A stretch of 64,000 nt of DNA, taken from positions 864,001-928,000 of the forward strand of contig JAVJNR010000004.1 of the NCBI GenBank assembly GCA_040217195.1. The letters are read 5' to 3'. The position numbers were made by a program, and so were the translations under genes. This DNA comes from Leptospiraceae bacterium (GTDB lineage Bacteria > Spirochaetota > Leptospiria > Leptospirales > Leptonemataceae). Below, piece after piece: positions 18,953 to 29,181 of the stretch (position 1 is the stretch's first letter; every line of letters begins with the position of its first letter). Under the pieces are notes generated by a model, which saw only the letters and a program-made list of their open reading frames with translations, was not told where the DNA came from and searched no databases.

Positions 18953-20203
18953 TCATGCTGAATTTCGCTTTCCGGGATTGTTTGGGGCTTTCCATTGTTC
19001 GCTTTGTTCCGTTTCCTGCATTGAGTCCGGAATCTTGCGAGATGTACTGACTCCCATCTTGCGAATCTTTTCCGCTCTGGAAATCAGATTTCCTTTTCCA
19101 TGTTTCAATTGATTCAAGGCGCGATCATAGTGCTCTCGGCTACGATCGATGGAGCGTCCCACCTCTTCGAAGGTACTCACAAAGCCTGCGAATTTGTCGT
19201 AAAGCCGGCCGCCTTCCGCAGCGATTTCCAGGGCAAAGCGGGCCTGCTTTTCCTGTTTCCACATGGATGAAATGGTCCAGAGAGTGGCCATCAATGTGGT
19301 AGGAGTAACTATCATGATTTGTTTATTCCAGGCATACTGAAAAATTGAACCATCCTCGGAGAGTGCAAGAGAGAAGGTTGCCTCAACGGGCATGAAAAGT
19401 ATCACAAAGTCCGGGCTGTTTAAGCTGGCACTTCCCTGGTAATGTCTTGCACTTAATCCATCAATATGGCCTCGAATGGACCGAAGCAGATTCTTCAGAC
19501 TTGATTTACGATCCTCATCGCTTTCTGCCGAAACATAGGCTTCATAGGACTTTAATGAAACCTTGGAATCCACGATTAGATGTTTGTTCTCGGGGAGCTG
19601 AATAATGACATCCGGTCGGATGCGCTTTCCATCTTCGTCAGAAACGGCCAGTGTGCTACCCTGGGTGTAGTATTCCCGGCCCTTCCTTAAGCCAGAATCC
19701 TCCAGGATACGCTCCAGAACAACCTCCCCCCAATTTCCCTGTACTTTGTTTTCCCCTTTCAGAGCCCTGGTGAGTCGCTGCGCTTCGCCGGACATTTGCA
19801 ATCCCAGATTTTCCAGGGATTTTAGTTTTTCAGTCAAACTGACCGTACGTTCCCCTGCCTCACGGTGAGATCTTTCAACCTTATCTTGAAAATCCTTGAT
19901 CCGTTCCTTGAGCGGATTCAGAGCGTTGTCTATGTTTTGCTGATTTTGCTGCAATAGCTGCTGTCCATGTCGATTCAGCATATCCCGGGACAGATTTTGA
20001 AAAGCGTCTGCAAATCGTTTTTCAACGCTGAGGCGTAGGTCTTCCTCGCTTTTGATCCTTCGATTCAATTCGGAGAGATCCACTTCGCGCTTGTAAAGTT
20101 CTGCTTTTAGACCGGAATGCTTCTTCAGTGAGAGTATCCATCCCATCATCAAGCCTATCAGGGCTCCCAGTAAAACTCCAGGGAACAATTCTGCTATGTC
20201 CAT
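18953..20203 (-). CDS. rmuC: DNA recombination protein RmuC
   Basis: N-terminal TM and coiled coil; QGNWGEVVLE, RPDVII.LP, VDSKVSL, TPTTL, LYDKF; start ATG 20203 with GGAGGAG. Confidence 0.93.
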   Translation of the reverse strand: MDIAELFPGVLLGALIGLMMGWILSLKKHSGLKAELYKREVDLSELNRRIKSEEDLRLSVEKRFADAFQNLSRDMLNRHGQQLLQQNQQNIDNALNPLKERIKDFQDKVERSHREAGERTVSLTEKLKSLENLGLQMSGEAQRLTRALKGENKVQGNWGEVVLERILEDSGLRKGREYYTQGSTLAVSDEDGKRIRPDVIIQLPENKHLIVDSKVSLKSYEAYVSAESDEDRKSSLKNLLRSIRGHIDGLSARHYQGSASLNSPDFVILFMPVEATFSLALSEDGSIFQYAWNKQIMIVTPTTLMATLWTISSMWKQEKQARFALEIAAEGGRLYDKFAGFVSTFEEVGRSIDRSREHYDRALNQLKHGKGNLISRAEKIRKMGVSTSRKIPDSMQETEQSEQWKAPNNPGKRNSA

Positions 20204-20318
20204 TTCTCCTCCTCTGATTACCGACGCCGGAGCCGGCCTGCATCCGCAAAGATGCATTCTACATCGGAGGTGTGACAGAATCTATGGTAAGCCAATTGGC
20301 CTGAGGAATGGAGTTGGC

Positions 20319-22997
20319 TCAGCTCCTTTCTGGAAGTAGAATCGAACCTTCAAGGAGCCTTTGAAAATCGGGCGCAGGAACAGGACGACTGAAAAGGTAC
20401 CCCTGTCCCAGCTGGCAGCCCATTTCTACCAGGGCTTCTCGGATCTCCTCCGTTTCAATTCCTTCAGCGACTACGTCAGCATTAAGGGCCCGGGCCAGCC
20501 CCAGAACCGTTCGCACAATTTCCATGCTTGAAGGATTGAGAACATGTCGCACAAAGGCCTGATCAATCTTTATTTCATGAAAGGGATACTTCTGCAGATA
20601 CTGCAAGGATGAGTATCCTGTGCCAAAGTCATCCAGGGAAAGGCGGATTCCCATTGCCTGCAATGCACTTAGCTGCTCTCGCAGAAGGGGAGACTCCTGC
20701 TCAAAAACGCTCTCTGTAATCTCCAGGGAAATGAATTCAGGCGATACATCGTATATCTTTAGAAGATCATTTAATCTTTCTGGGAAATCGCCGCTGCGAA
20801 ACTGTACAAGTGAAATGTTAATTGCAACCGGGACTATTTCAAGAGCGCTGGCCTGCCATCTGGCTACCTGGGCTACGATGTTTTCCAGGATCCAATCTCC
20901 CAGCTGAGAAATAAGCTGACTCTTCTCTGCCACTGGAATAAAGACTGCCGGGGATTGCATTCCTCTCTCTGGATGATTCCATCGAATCAACGCTTCTGCG
21001 CTGAAGATTTTTCCAGAATTCAGATCAACCTTGGGCTGATAATACATTTCAAACTCATCCAGGGTCAGCGCCTTTCTGATTTCCCGGGTAAGTTCAATTC
21101 GCTGCCTGGTCAGTTCGCTAAGCTCGTCCGTATACCCTTTTAGTGTGCGCCCAGTTTCTTCGCGCACTCGAAACAAAGCAAGTTCAGCCTCCCGGAGCAT
21201 TTCCTCCATGGAACGCACTCTTCGCCCCAGAACCGTATATCCAAAACGAACGTTCACCGAAATCTCAAGATCATCCAGAACAAAAGGGGCAGAAAGAGCC
21301 ATGGCCAGATCCTTCACTGCTTCTTCCGGAGTTTCGGATTCATCCAGGACCAGATAGAGCACAAATTCATCGCCACCAGTCCTTCCGGCCAGTCCTCGAT
21401 CCCCTGCCTGCTCCCTTAGACGATGCCCCAGTGAAAATAAGAATGCATCCCCCACATCATATCCATGGACATCATTGATATCTCGCATGGCCATGATATC
21501 CATTACAATGACCAGTGCATGCCGAATCCATCCAATACGATCCATGCGAAATTTCATACTCCGGACGAAACCAATACGAGACGGAAGTCCGGTGGCCGGA
21601 TCCTGAAAAGCAAGCCGGCTGAGTTCCAACTCTGCCATTTTTCGCTTGGTTATGTCGATATGCATTACTACTGCGCCGTGGCTTCCATTCGGATCTCCAG
21701 GAAGCAGTTTTCCGACTGTCATCTTAAACCACTGCAGTTCCTGCCTGGAATGAGCTGGATACTCCATAGAAAAACTGCGCTGTTGCCCGGTGAGCACAGA
21801 GCGAAGCCCTTTTACCAGCGCCTCAGCTTCCGCCGGAGCATCGTTTCGGGTAGTAGCACATAATGCAGGGTAGTTTCTACCCACCGGAAATTCCACGCCC
21901 GAGTATCCCTTCCCTTTTGAGAACTGCTGCCATTGCTCATTCGTTTCCAGAATCTGGCCTGCATCGTCCAGCAATGCAATATGAGCTGGAAGTGAGTTAA
22001 TAATAGACCTGCGAGAGGCTAGCAGATGAGAGAGGTTTTCATTTGATCTTTTAAGATCTTCATCCTGAATTCGCAACGCTTCCTGTTGATCTCGAATCTT
22101 TCTGGTGCGCGCTCTAACTCGCATCTCAACAAGCATCAAACCGCCAATCAATATCACAGTAGCTGCGAGCAATCCACCGATAACCCATTTGAGCCAGGGT
22201 GGTAGTTCCGGGCTGTCATTTCCAGGAACACCCAGCCATTTACCCTGGAGAATGTAGAAATTTGAGTTGAGGTCCTGTTTACGTATTTTCAGTGATGCGT
22301 CGAAATGAGCCTTTAATTCTCGAGAGAATCGGGAGTTTGGTGCGAAAGCGAAGCGAAGGTCAGCTGGCTGAAATAGAATTGGAGTCCGGAGAATATGAAA
22401 CTTTTCTTCCATCCTGTTTCCAAAGTCGCGATTGGTCACGGCTGCATCCACGGAACCATCCTCCAGTGCGCGAAACACAGATGCATAGTCCGACATAGGA
22501 ACTATCTCAGCTTCTACAGCAAAATTCTTTAGAAGCATTCGCAAACCTTCCGGTCCTTCCAGGTTAATACTACCGGAAAGTGCAGCGATGCGTTTACCCT
22601 GCAAATCGGGAATGGATTGAATTCTCTGACCCGGCGCTGCATAAATCCTGGACCAGCTGACGTGAACCGTTTCATCCCCCAATAGGATCCTTTTCTTTCT
22701 GTCCGGAGTAACAGCCACATCTACCATCAAATCGATTTCGCCTTTCTCCAGACGTTCCAGGGTTTCTTCCCAGGTTCCGTGAATCCATTCAATAGTATAA
22801 TCTCCATCTCTGGCAATGGATCGAGTCAGATCGGGCCAGAACCCGGCGGCCTGCCCGGCATCATTAACAAACACTTTAGGTGGATTGCTATAGATTCCTA
22901 CGCGAATCCTGGATCCCTCAGCCTGCAGATGATTGGAAAGCACAATCAAAGCGAAGCAAAAAATGAGAGGAATAGCCCGGAAACGTCTCACCCACAT
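20319..22997 (-). CDS. Periplasmic substrate-binding (family 3)-TM-PAS-GGDEF-EAL protein
   Basis: NPPKVF...GF..DL, GEIDL; TM; PAS; RTGGDEF; AEALIRW, DDFGTGYSSL, VAEGIE. Confidence 0.9.
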   Translation of the reverse strand: MWVRRFRAIPLIFCFALIVLSNHLQAEGSRIRVGIYSNPPKVFVNDAGQAAGFWPDLTRSIARDGDYTIEWIHGTWEETLERLEKGEIDLMVDVAVTPDRKKRILLGDETVHVSWSRIYAAPGQRIQSIPDLQGKRIAALSGSINLEGPEGLRMLLKNFAVEAEIVPMSDYASVFRALEDGSVDAAVTNRDFGNRMEEKFHILRTPILFQPADLRFAFAPNSRFSRELKAHFDASLKIRKQDLNSNFYILQGKWLGVPGNDSPELPPWLKWVIGGLLAATVILIGGLMLVEMRVRARTRKIRDQQEALRIQDEDLKRSNENLSHLLASRRSIINSLPAHIALLDDAGQILETNEQWQQFSKGKGYSGVEFPVGRNYPALCATTRNDAPAEAEALVKGLRSVLTGQQRSFSMEYPAHSRQELQWFKMTVGKLLPGDPNGSHGAVVMHIDITKRKMAELELSRLAFQDPATGLPSRIGFVRSMKFRMDRIGWIRHALVIVMDIMAMRDINDVHGYDVGDAFLFSLGHRLREQAGDRGLAGRTGGDEFVLYLVLDESETPEEAVKDLAMALSAPFVLDDLEISVNVRFGYTVLGRRVRSMEEMLREAELALFRVREETGRTLKGYTDELSELTRQRIELTREIRKALTLDEFEMYYQPKVDLNSGKIFSAEALIRWNHPERGMQSPAVFIPVAEKSQLISQLGDWILENIVAQVARWQASALEIVPVAINISLVQFRSGDFPERLNDLLKIYDVSPEFISLEITESVFEQESPLLREQLSALQAMGIRLSLDDFGTGYSSLQYLQKYPFHEIKIDQAFVRHVLNPSSMEIVRTVLGLARALNADVVAEGIETEEIREALVEMGCQLGQGYLFSRPVPAPDFQRLLEGSILLPERS

Positions 22998-23082
22998 ACC
23001 CCGGTAAACCAGAGGGAAATTTCCACGGCATAATGATGGGAATTGCAAGAGCTGGAATAGATGATTTCTGCCATCCTGACCA

Positions 23083-23667
23083 CTAATCTGAAGTCATGGT
23101 TCTAAGATTCAAGCTATTCCGACTCCAATTCCAGAATCCGGCGGTAGCAAGAAATAAAAATACAGCGTAAAGCCCGGCTGTGGGATACAGTCCTTTGTAA
23201 TAATAGACTCCAATAGCCACCACATCCACTGCGATCCAGAATAACCAGCTTTCCAGCTTCTTTCTGGTTAATAGCCATTGAGCCATCAAACTGGCCATGG
23301 TAGTAAATGCATCCCAGTAGGGCAAAGCGGCATCTGTGTAGTGCTCCATACCCAGTCCCCAGAAAAAGGTAGCCAGGAAAGTCATAACCACGGCGAGCCC
23401 GGAACCGACGCCAGATAATCGCGATACTGAGAGATTTTCATGCATGGGCCCTCCGAACATCCAGCTGTACCATCCGTAGAACTGCAGAAAAATATAGATA
23501 ATATGAAGTACAAAATCCGAATAGAGTTTTGCCTGATAGAAGATCCAGACATAGAGAGAAACCTGTATCAGCCCCAGAGGCCAGCACCAGATGTTCTCTC
23601 GAACGGTGAGCCATACACAGAGCAGGCCAGAAACCACAGCCAGCCATTCAATCCAGCTCATTTCCAT
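23083..23667 (-). CDS. pnuC: Nicotinamide riboside transporter PnuC
   Basis: WCWPLG, YGWYSW, PYWDAFTT, KKLESWLFWIAVD. Confidence 0.9.
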   Translation of the reverse strand: MEMSWIEWLAVVSGLLCVWLTVRENIWCWPLGLIQVSLYVWIFYQAKLYSDFVLHIIYIFLQFYGWYSWMFGGPMHENLSVSRLSGVGSGLAVVMTFLATFFWGLGMEHYTDAALPYWDAFTTMASLMAQWLLTRKKLESWLFWIAVDVVAIGVYYYKGLYPTAGLYAVFLFLATAGFWNWSRNSLNLRTMTSD

Positions 23668-25454
23668 TATTCAGGTTTACTCACAGCTTCCCCGGCCTGC
23701 ACACTCCAGAGATCTGCGTAATCACCATTCCGGGCTACTAGCTGCTCATGACTGCCCTCTTCCGTTAGCTGACCATTCTTGATTAGAAGAATACGATGGG
23801 CTGCCCGAATTGTAGATAGTCTGTGGGCAATGATCAATGAAGTTCGGCCCCGGGTCAGTCGATCCAGATTGGCCTGGATGGCTCGCTCGGTTTCCGTATC
23901 CACCGAGCTTGTGGCCTCATCCAGAATGAGAATCGGCGCATCCTTTACGATGGCCCGTGCAATACTCAATCTCTGCCGTTGGCCTCCAGACAATTTGATG
24001 CCCCTTTCTCCTACTATGGTATCGTAGCCGTCTGGAAGAGTTTCTACAAAATCATGAAAACTGGCCATACCGGATGCACTTTGAACCTTTTCCAGGTACA
24101 TGGCACGATTCTTTTCCAGATCCCCATGACTGACAGAGCCGTAGAGAATGTTTTCCAGAATCGATCCGTGGAACAAATATACATCCTGGCTGACCAGGGC
24201 AATGTTACGCCTCAAAGTGCGAATATCCCAGCTTCGTAAATCGTGGCCATCCAGAGTGACAGAACCGGCCGTTGGATCGTATAACCGGAGTAGCAATTTG
24301 ATTAGAGTAGACTTACCGGAGCCGGTGGGTCCCGCTATGCCTATGGTCTCCCCGGGACGAACCGAAAAAGAAAGCCCTCGAAGAACCTCAATTCCACGAT
24401 CATATTTGAAATGTACGTTCTGTAAAGCGATGGCACCCTGAGCAGAATCTACTTTTATTGGATCTGCAGGATTCTGAATTCCGGACTGGCTATCCACCAG
24501 GCCGAATACTCGCTGGGCGGAAACAGAAGCCCTTTCATACTCATCAAAAGTGCGACCCATCTGAGTCAGGGGCCATAGCAATCTTTGAACCATCATGGAA
24601 AATAGTACCAGCTCACCCACTGTGAGTATCCCCGAACCATCCAGAATCCAGTAACTTCCCAGAAGCAAAACCCCTCCGAAGCCCACGGCCACAGCCATGC
24701 GAATTACAGGTACATACAGTGCGCTCAGTTTAATGGCATTGAAATTCGCTTTGCGATATTCATTGGAGACTCCATGCAATCTCTCTGATTCAAACTCTTC
24801 GGCGGTAAAACTCTTTATTACAAGAATTCCGCTCAGGTTGTTTTCCAGCCGACTGCTAAGACGGGCCACAGCTTCACGAACCTTACGATACCTGGGAGAG
24901 ATCAGTCTCTGATAGATCAAACTGCCAGCAATGATCACCGGCAATGGCGCAAGCCCCACAAGAGCCAGCTCCCATGAAATGGAGAAAAGCACAGATCCGG
25001 CAAAGATAAACAATGTGGCCAGCTGAATGAGATCATTGAAGCCGTTGTTCAGAAATCGCTCCAGCTGATTTACATCATCGTTCAGGATGGCCATGGTCTC
25101 TCCCACCCTGTGATTTTCGAAAAATGCAATCTCCCTTCGCTGCAGTCTATCATATGCATCGATTCGCAGGGAATGCTGTAGATTTTGAGCCAGCGTCAGG
25201 AAACCATATTGATACATCCACTGGAACAGACTTTCAAAAAAGAAGATGAGTACAGCCAGCAATGCCAGAAAGGATGCACGCTCAAACGGATCGCCTGGAG
25301 GCATCCAGTCCGGAGGATTGCCCTGCAAAGAATCAATGACCCAGCCTACAAGCAACGGTGGCATTAGATCCAGGACTTTATTGGAAATGCTGGAGCTAAT
25401 GGAAAAGCTCAGACGACCGGAATAGGATTTGAGGTATTGCAGAAGACGTAGCAC
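23667..25454 (-). CDS. ABC transporter fused permease/ATPase (exporter)
   Basis: TM domain; GPTGSGKST, LSGGQRQR, ILDEATS, IAHRL. Confidence 0.95.
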   Translation of the reverse strand: MLRLLQYLKSYSGRLSFSISSSISNKVLDLMPPLLVGWVIDSLQGNPPDWMPPGDPFERASFLALLAVLIFFFESLFQWMYQYGFLTLAQNLQHSLRIDAYDRLQRREIAFFENHRVGETMAILNDDVNQLERFLNNGFNDLIQLATLFIFAGSVLFSISWELALVGLAPLPVIIAGSLIYQRLISPRYRKVREAVARLSSRLENNLSGILVIKSFTAEEFESERLHGVSNEYRKANFNAIKLSALYVPVIRMAVAVGFGGVLLLGSYWILDGSGILTVGELVLFSMMVQRLLWPLTQMGRTFDEYERASVSAQRVFGLVDSQSGIQNPADPIKVDSAQGAIALQNVHFKYDRGIEVLRGLSFSVRPGETIGIAGPTGSGKSTLIKLLLRLYDPTAGSVTLDGHDLRSWDIRTLRRNIALVSQDVYLFHGSILENILYGSVSHGDLEKNRAMYLEKVQSASGMASFHDFVETLPDGYDTIVGERGIKLSGGQRQRLSIARAIVKDAPILILDEATSSVDTETERAIQANLDRLTRGRTSLIIAHRLSTIRAAHRILLIKNGQLTEEGSHEQLVARNGDYADLWSVQAGEAVSKPE

Positions 25455-25545
25455 TGAGTCAAAAAAGCAAAGCCGTCCAGGGTTGCCAATGCAAGTTCTG
25501 TTTTACAGATATGCTATGAAATCCAGCTTCTTCCAGGGAAACCAT

Positions 25546-26004
25546 ATGCGAATATTCAGAGAGTTCAAAGAATTCGCCGTGAAAGGCAATGCGGTGGAAA
25601 TGGCCATCGGGATAATGCTTGGAGCTGCCTTCACATCGGTGGTCAAAAGCCTTGTAAGCGACATACTCATGCCACCGCTGGGATTGATGCTTGGAGGTGT
25701 GGACTTTTCAAATCTTTACTGGGTATTGAGCCAGGGAAAAAACCCGGGTCCTTATGCAACCCTGGCCCTGGCCCAGAAGGAAGGCGCCGTAACAATAAAC
25801 TATGGAGTCTTTATCAATTCAGCTCTGAGTTTCTTAATTGTGGCCATCGTACTTTTTTTTGTAATACGTACTATGAATGGTCTGCGCCGAGAAGAAGAGC
25901 CAGCCACGGCCAGTGCAGCACCCTGTCCTGAATGCCGTCAATCCATCTCTCTGGAGGCTACGCGGTGTCCTTATTGTACCTCCAGAATCAAACGATCCAA
26001 ATAG
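25546..26004 (+). CDS. mscL: Large-conductance mechanosensitive channel with C-terminal Zn-ribbon
   Basis: FKEFAVKGNAVEMAIG...FTSVVKSLVSDILMP, NYGVFI; tail CPEC...CPYC. Confidence 0.95.
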   Translation: MRIFREFKEFAVKGNAVEMAIGIMLGAAFTSVVKSLVSDILMPPLGLMLGGVDFSNLYWVLSQGKNPGPYATLALAQKEGAVTINYGVFINSALSFLIVAIVLFFVIRTMNGLRREEEPATASAAPCPECRQSISLEATRCPYCTSRIKRSK

Positions 26005-26042
26005 CCGAAGATATCTGACATTCACAGGGCAGGATCGAACAA

Positions 26043-28124
26043 TTATCCGTAATAAATTGTGAGCAAGGAAAGGTCATCGGTAACCTCTCCCATCTTCTGA
26101 ATCGCTTTGCGAATCCGCACCGGATCACCATCGTATTCAGCCAGAAGTCTCAGGAACAATCCTTCATCCGAATTACGATTTTCTTTTCCATCTGTGTCAG
26201 TGAAAATTAAATCGTCCTTTCCGTCGGAGCCCATGCAAAGCGCATCTCCAGCCGAAAGCTCTATGAGATTCACTTCCGGTTCAATTTCAGGTAAGGCCAG
26301 GCCCAGCTTGGTAGTCAGTTTTTGCTCTGGAAAACTGGCCTCCCCTTTTCGCAATAGTGCAAGGTATGGATGCTCGCAATTAATATAGAAGACTTTGCCT
26401 GATTTCTCTTCAATTAACCCCAGAAGCATGGTAGTCATCATGCTGCCTTCAAAGGAAAGAAATACACGATTCATCTCCCTGAAGGCCTCCCGCAACCAGG
26501 TTTCCGGTCTACGATTTGCGTCCGAAGATGTGAGCCTGGTGCGCTCCACAGCAGAACCAAATGATGTGCCCAGAACCACCGCCCCGCCGGCTCCCTGCAT
26601 GGATTTACCCATGGCATCTCCGTTCACAAAGGCAACGTACTGGCGTCCCTGCAGTTCCACTTCACGCGCCAGACAAACATCACCTCCGATGGAAGCCTGT
26701 TTTCCCCGGTACTCGAAATTCTTCTTTTGCTGCACGTCCATTGCTATTCGAATTCTTCCTGATTCAAGTTCCTGTGGTCGCAATGGATGCATCAATAATG
26801 AGATCAGAAAATAGTCACCATCCTGCTTTTCCTTGAGAATTCGCACTTCCCGCAATGTTCGATCCAGGCTGGCAGTTCTCTTTTGAACCTTTTCCTCCAG
26901 GCTGTGGGAATACTCCTGCAGTTGGCGATGCGTATCCGTGTATCGCAGATACAGGATGCTTCCAAGGGAAACCTGAAACCCAAGGAATCCCCAGGTCACC
27001 GCTTGAAAAGGCCAGGCGATCAATCCCAGAGCACCAAGCATATCGTATATGGCGCAAATCATCAAAGTAGTCAGTCCCAGCAGAATTAGGCGCGCTTCCC
27101 GGTTCTTTTGAAATGCCTGAACAACAATGACTGCTGAAATCCCCAGGGAGGAAAGCAGCGTTATATAAAAAAATGGATAGAGCAATTTGTAAAGAGGCAG
27201 ACCAGACAGGTGCAGAAATACAGCCAGGACCAGATAGGCACCGAGTGTTAATGTGATCCATTTTACCGTTCGCGAAGAAGGAAGAGCCTGCCACATGAAT
27301 GCTCCAAAGGCCAGGGGTGATAGACCCAGAGAAATATGTTCCAGATACATCCAGAACACCGGAGCATCCGCCAGAAGATGCTGAAGCTCCACTGTGCGAT
27401 TGCTTATTACGTAGATGCCGCATGGCAAAGCGAAAAAACCAAAGGCTCCAGGCAATCGCTGGGAACGATTCCTGAAGTAAAGAATCAGTGCAAACACAGA
27501 AGCGACACAGAATAGAAAGCCCAGGCAGATTCTTGCCAGGTCCTTTCTAATAATTCTATTTACGAAATAACCGCGCTCCCCCAGTGCAAGAGAATTGGCC
27601 GGGGAACTTACAGCAATAGATAGAGTTTCAGAAAATACCAGAGCATAGATTCTTTTTCCCTGAAGGTCAGGCGGAAGAGAAACTATGTGATTGGGCCAGC
27701 CATTGAATCCCTTTTGCCCCAGTTCTGGCTTACCGAAGCTGTAGAACTCCTGGAGGCCGGATTCGCGAAGAACAAAAAGCCGAATGCTCTGATTTACAAG
27801 AGGCGAATACAAAACAGGATCGCGGTAGTCAACTGCCGGAAGCTCGGGGGAGCGAAACCATACAGATTTTGCCTCCCAGCCCAGCATGTAGGGTCCTCGA
27901 GGAAGAGAGATTTGAGGTCTTCCATCGGAAATGGCCTTAAATTCGGAGTCCGCCGGAACAGCGAAGTCAGAATACTTATTGTCTTTCGAATAAGAAGTGC
28001 CGGTTACCGGTGCATAGCTCCATCCATCCGAAAACGATTGAGACTGTTGAATCGTCCTTGGCTCCTGGCATGCTGAAGATAGGGTTGTACTAAAAATGAG
28101 TATTGGAAGCCAGTAACGAAGCAC
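26043..28124 (-). CDS. 7TM-DISM sensor with SpoIIE/PP2C phosphatase domain
   Basis: Extracellular domain, 7 TM, KQDGDYFL, IGGD, NGDAMGKS, NCEHP, GSDG, DDLS; start uncertain (GTG 28124 avoids overlap with next gene). Confidence 0.88.
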   Translation of the reverse strand: MLRYWLPILIFSTTLSSACQEPRTIQQSQSFSDGWSYAPVTGTSYSKDNKYSDFAVPADSEFKAISDGRPQISLPRGPYMLGWEAKSVWFRSPELPAVDYRDPVLYSPLVNQSIRLFVLRESGLQEFYSFGKPELGQKGFNGWPNHIVSLPPDLQGKRIYALVFSETLSIAVSSPANSLALGERGYFVNRIIRKDLARICLGFLFCVASVFALILYFRNRSQRLPGAFGFFALPCGIYVISNRTVELQHLLADAPVFWMYLEHISLGLSPLAFGAFMWQALPSSRTVKWITLTLGAYLVLAVFLHLSGLPLYKLLYPFFYITLLSSLGISAVIVVQAFQKNREARLILLGLTTLMICAIYDMLGALGLIAWPFQAVTWGFLGFQVSLGSILYLRYTDTHRQLQEYSHSLEEKVQKRTASLDRTLREVRILKEKQDGDYFLISLLMHPLRPQELESGRIRIAMDVQQKKNFEYRGKQASIGGDVCLAREVELQGRQYVAFVNGDAMGKSMQGAGGAVVLGTSFGSAVERTRLTSSDANRRPETWLREAFREMNRVFLSFEGSMMTTMLLGLIEEKSGKVFYINCEHPYLALLRKGEASFPEQKLTTKLGLALPEIEPEVNLIELSAGDALCMGSDGKDDLIFTDTDGKENRNSDEGLFLRLLAEYDGDPVRIRKAIQKMGEVTDDLSLLTIYYG

Positions 28125-28191
28125 AGGCCGAGCTTTTCGTATTCTGGCGAGAATTACAAGCAAATCCCGGACCAGGGAAGCCAGGAGCGAT

Positions 28192-28533
28192 ATGAACCAG
28201 GACGAAAAAGATGAGTTCAAAGAAAAAGCCACAGAAGAGATTGCGCGCCTGGCGGACGATATCAAGCACCTGGAAAATGATACCCAGCCAATTTCTCCGG
28301 ATGTTTCTCTGGGACGGCTCACTCGAATGGATGCCATCCAGAACAAAAGCGTGGCAGAAGCGAATTTGAATGCAGCTCGTAGCAGACTAAAAAGAATTGA
28401 GTCCAGACTCCAGAAGTTAGATTCGCCAGACTTTCAAAGTTGCATCAACTGCGGCCAGGAGATTCCCATGGCGCGAATTCTCTATTTGCTGGATACAAAC
28501 ACTTGCCTGGGATGCGCATCAGCGGAGTACTGA
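28192..28533 (+). CDS. TraR/DksA C4-type zinc finger protein
   Basis: Coiled coil with GRLTRMDAIQ; CINC...CLGC. Confidence 0.85.
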   Translation: MNQDEKDEFKEKATEEIARLADDIKHLENDTQPISPDVSLGRLTRMDAIQNKSVAEANLNAARSRLKRIESRLQKLDSPDFQSCINCGQEIPMARILYLLDTNTCLGCASAEY

Positions 28534-28542
28534 GAATCTTCT

Positions 28543-28977
28543 ATGACCGCGAACGAAGCCAGTATCAGACCATTTCGCCACTCTGACCGATACGCGGTCC
28601 GGAAACTCTGGGAAAAGTCTGAACTGCTGCGCCCCTGGAATGATCCGGATGCAGATATTGATCGAAAGGTCAAAGTGAACCCGGAGCTTTTTCTTGTAGC
28701 TGTCCTGAATGAAAAACTGGTAGGTACTGTGATGGGCGGTTATGAGGGGCACCGCGGATGGATCAATTATTTGGCCACGGATCCAGACTATCGCAACCGT
28801 GGAATAGCACGCAAACTACTGGAGCACCTGGAGGCACAACTATTAGAAAGGGGATGTCCTAAAATCAACCTGCAGATTCGCGAAGACAATCAAGAAATGC
28901 GTGCTTTCTATGAACGCATGGGTTATAACCAGGATCCGGCAATATCGATGGGAAAACGATTAATTAAAGATAATTAA
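28543..28977 (+). CDS. GNAT acetyltransferase (YpeA-like)
   Basis: LLRPWNDP..DI.RK, GTVMGGYEGHRGW, GCPKINL. Confidence 0.9.
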   Translation: MTANEASIRPFRHSDRYAVRKLWEKSELLRPWNDPDADIDRKVKVNPELFLVAVLNEKLVGTVMGGYEGHRGWINYLATDPDYRNRGIARKLLEHLEAQLLERGCPKINLQIREDNQEMRAFYERMGYNQDPAISMGKRLIKDN

Positions 28978-29181
28978 ATCCCTTCCCAGGAGAATGGATG
29001 ATATCGGGACGCTCCCATTGGAGATGCATTGCGTTTCCAGAAACAGACCTGGAGCGACGAACGATTCATAGATTTTGTAATATTTGTAGCTGCAATAGGT
29101 TCTGGCTAGAACTCTAAAGAAGATCTTGCACATATTCGCCTGTTTCATGTCTCTGGATAGATCCAAAAAAGGAACTATCGC

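Noticed and set aside
26815..27423. 202-aa alternative-frame ORF and the many other short nested or antisense ORFs
   Set aside because: They lie inside well-supported genes and show no motifs
28125..28346. N-terminal extension of the SpoIIE ORF overlapping the DksA-like gene
   Set aside because: It is antisense read-through of the DksA-like CDS
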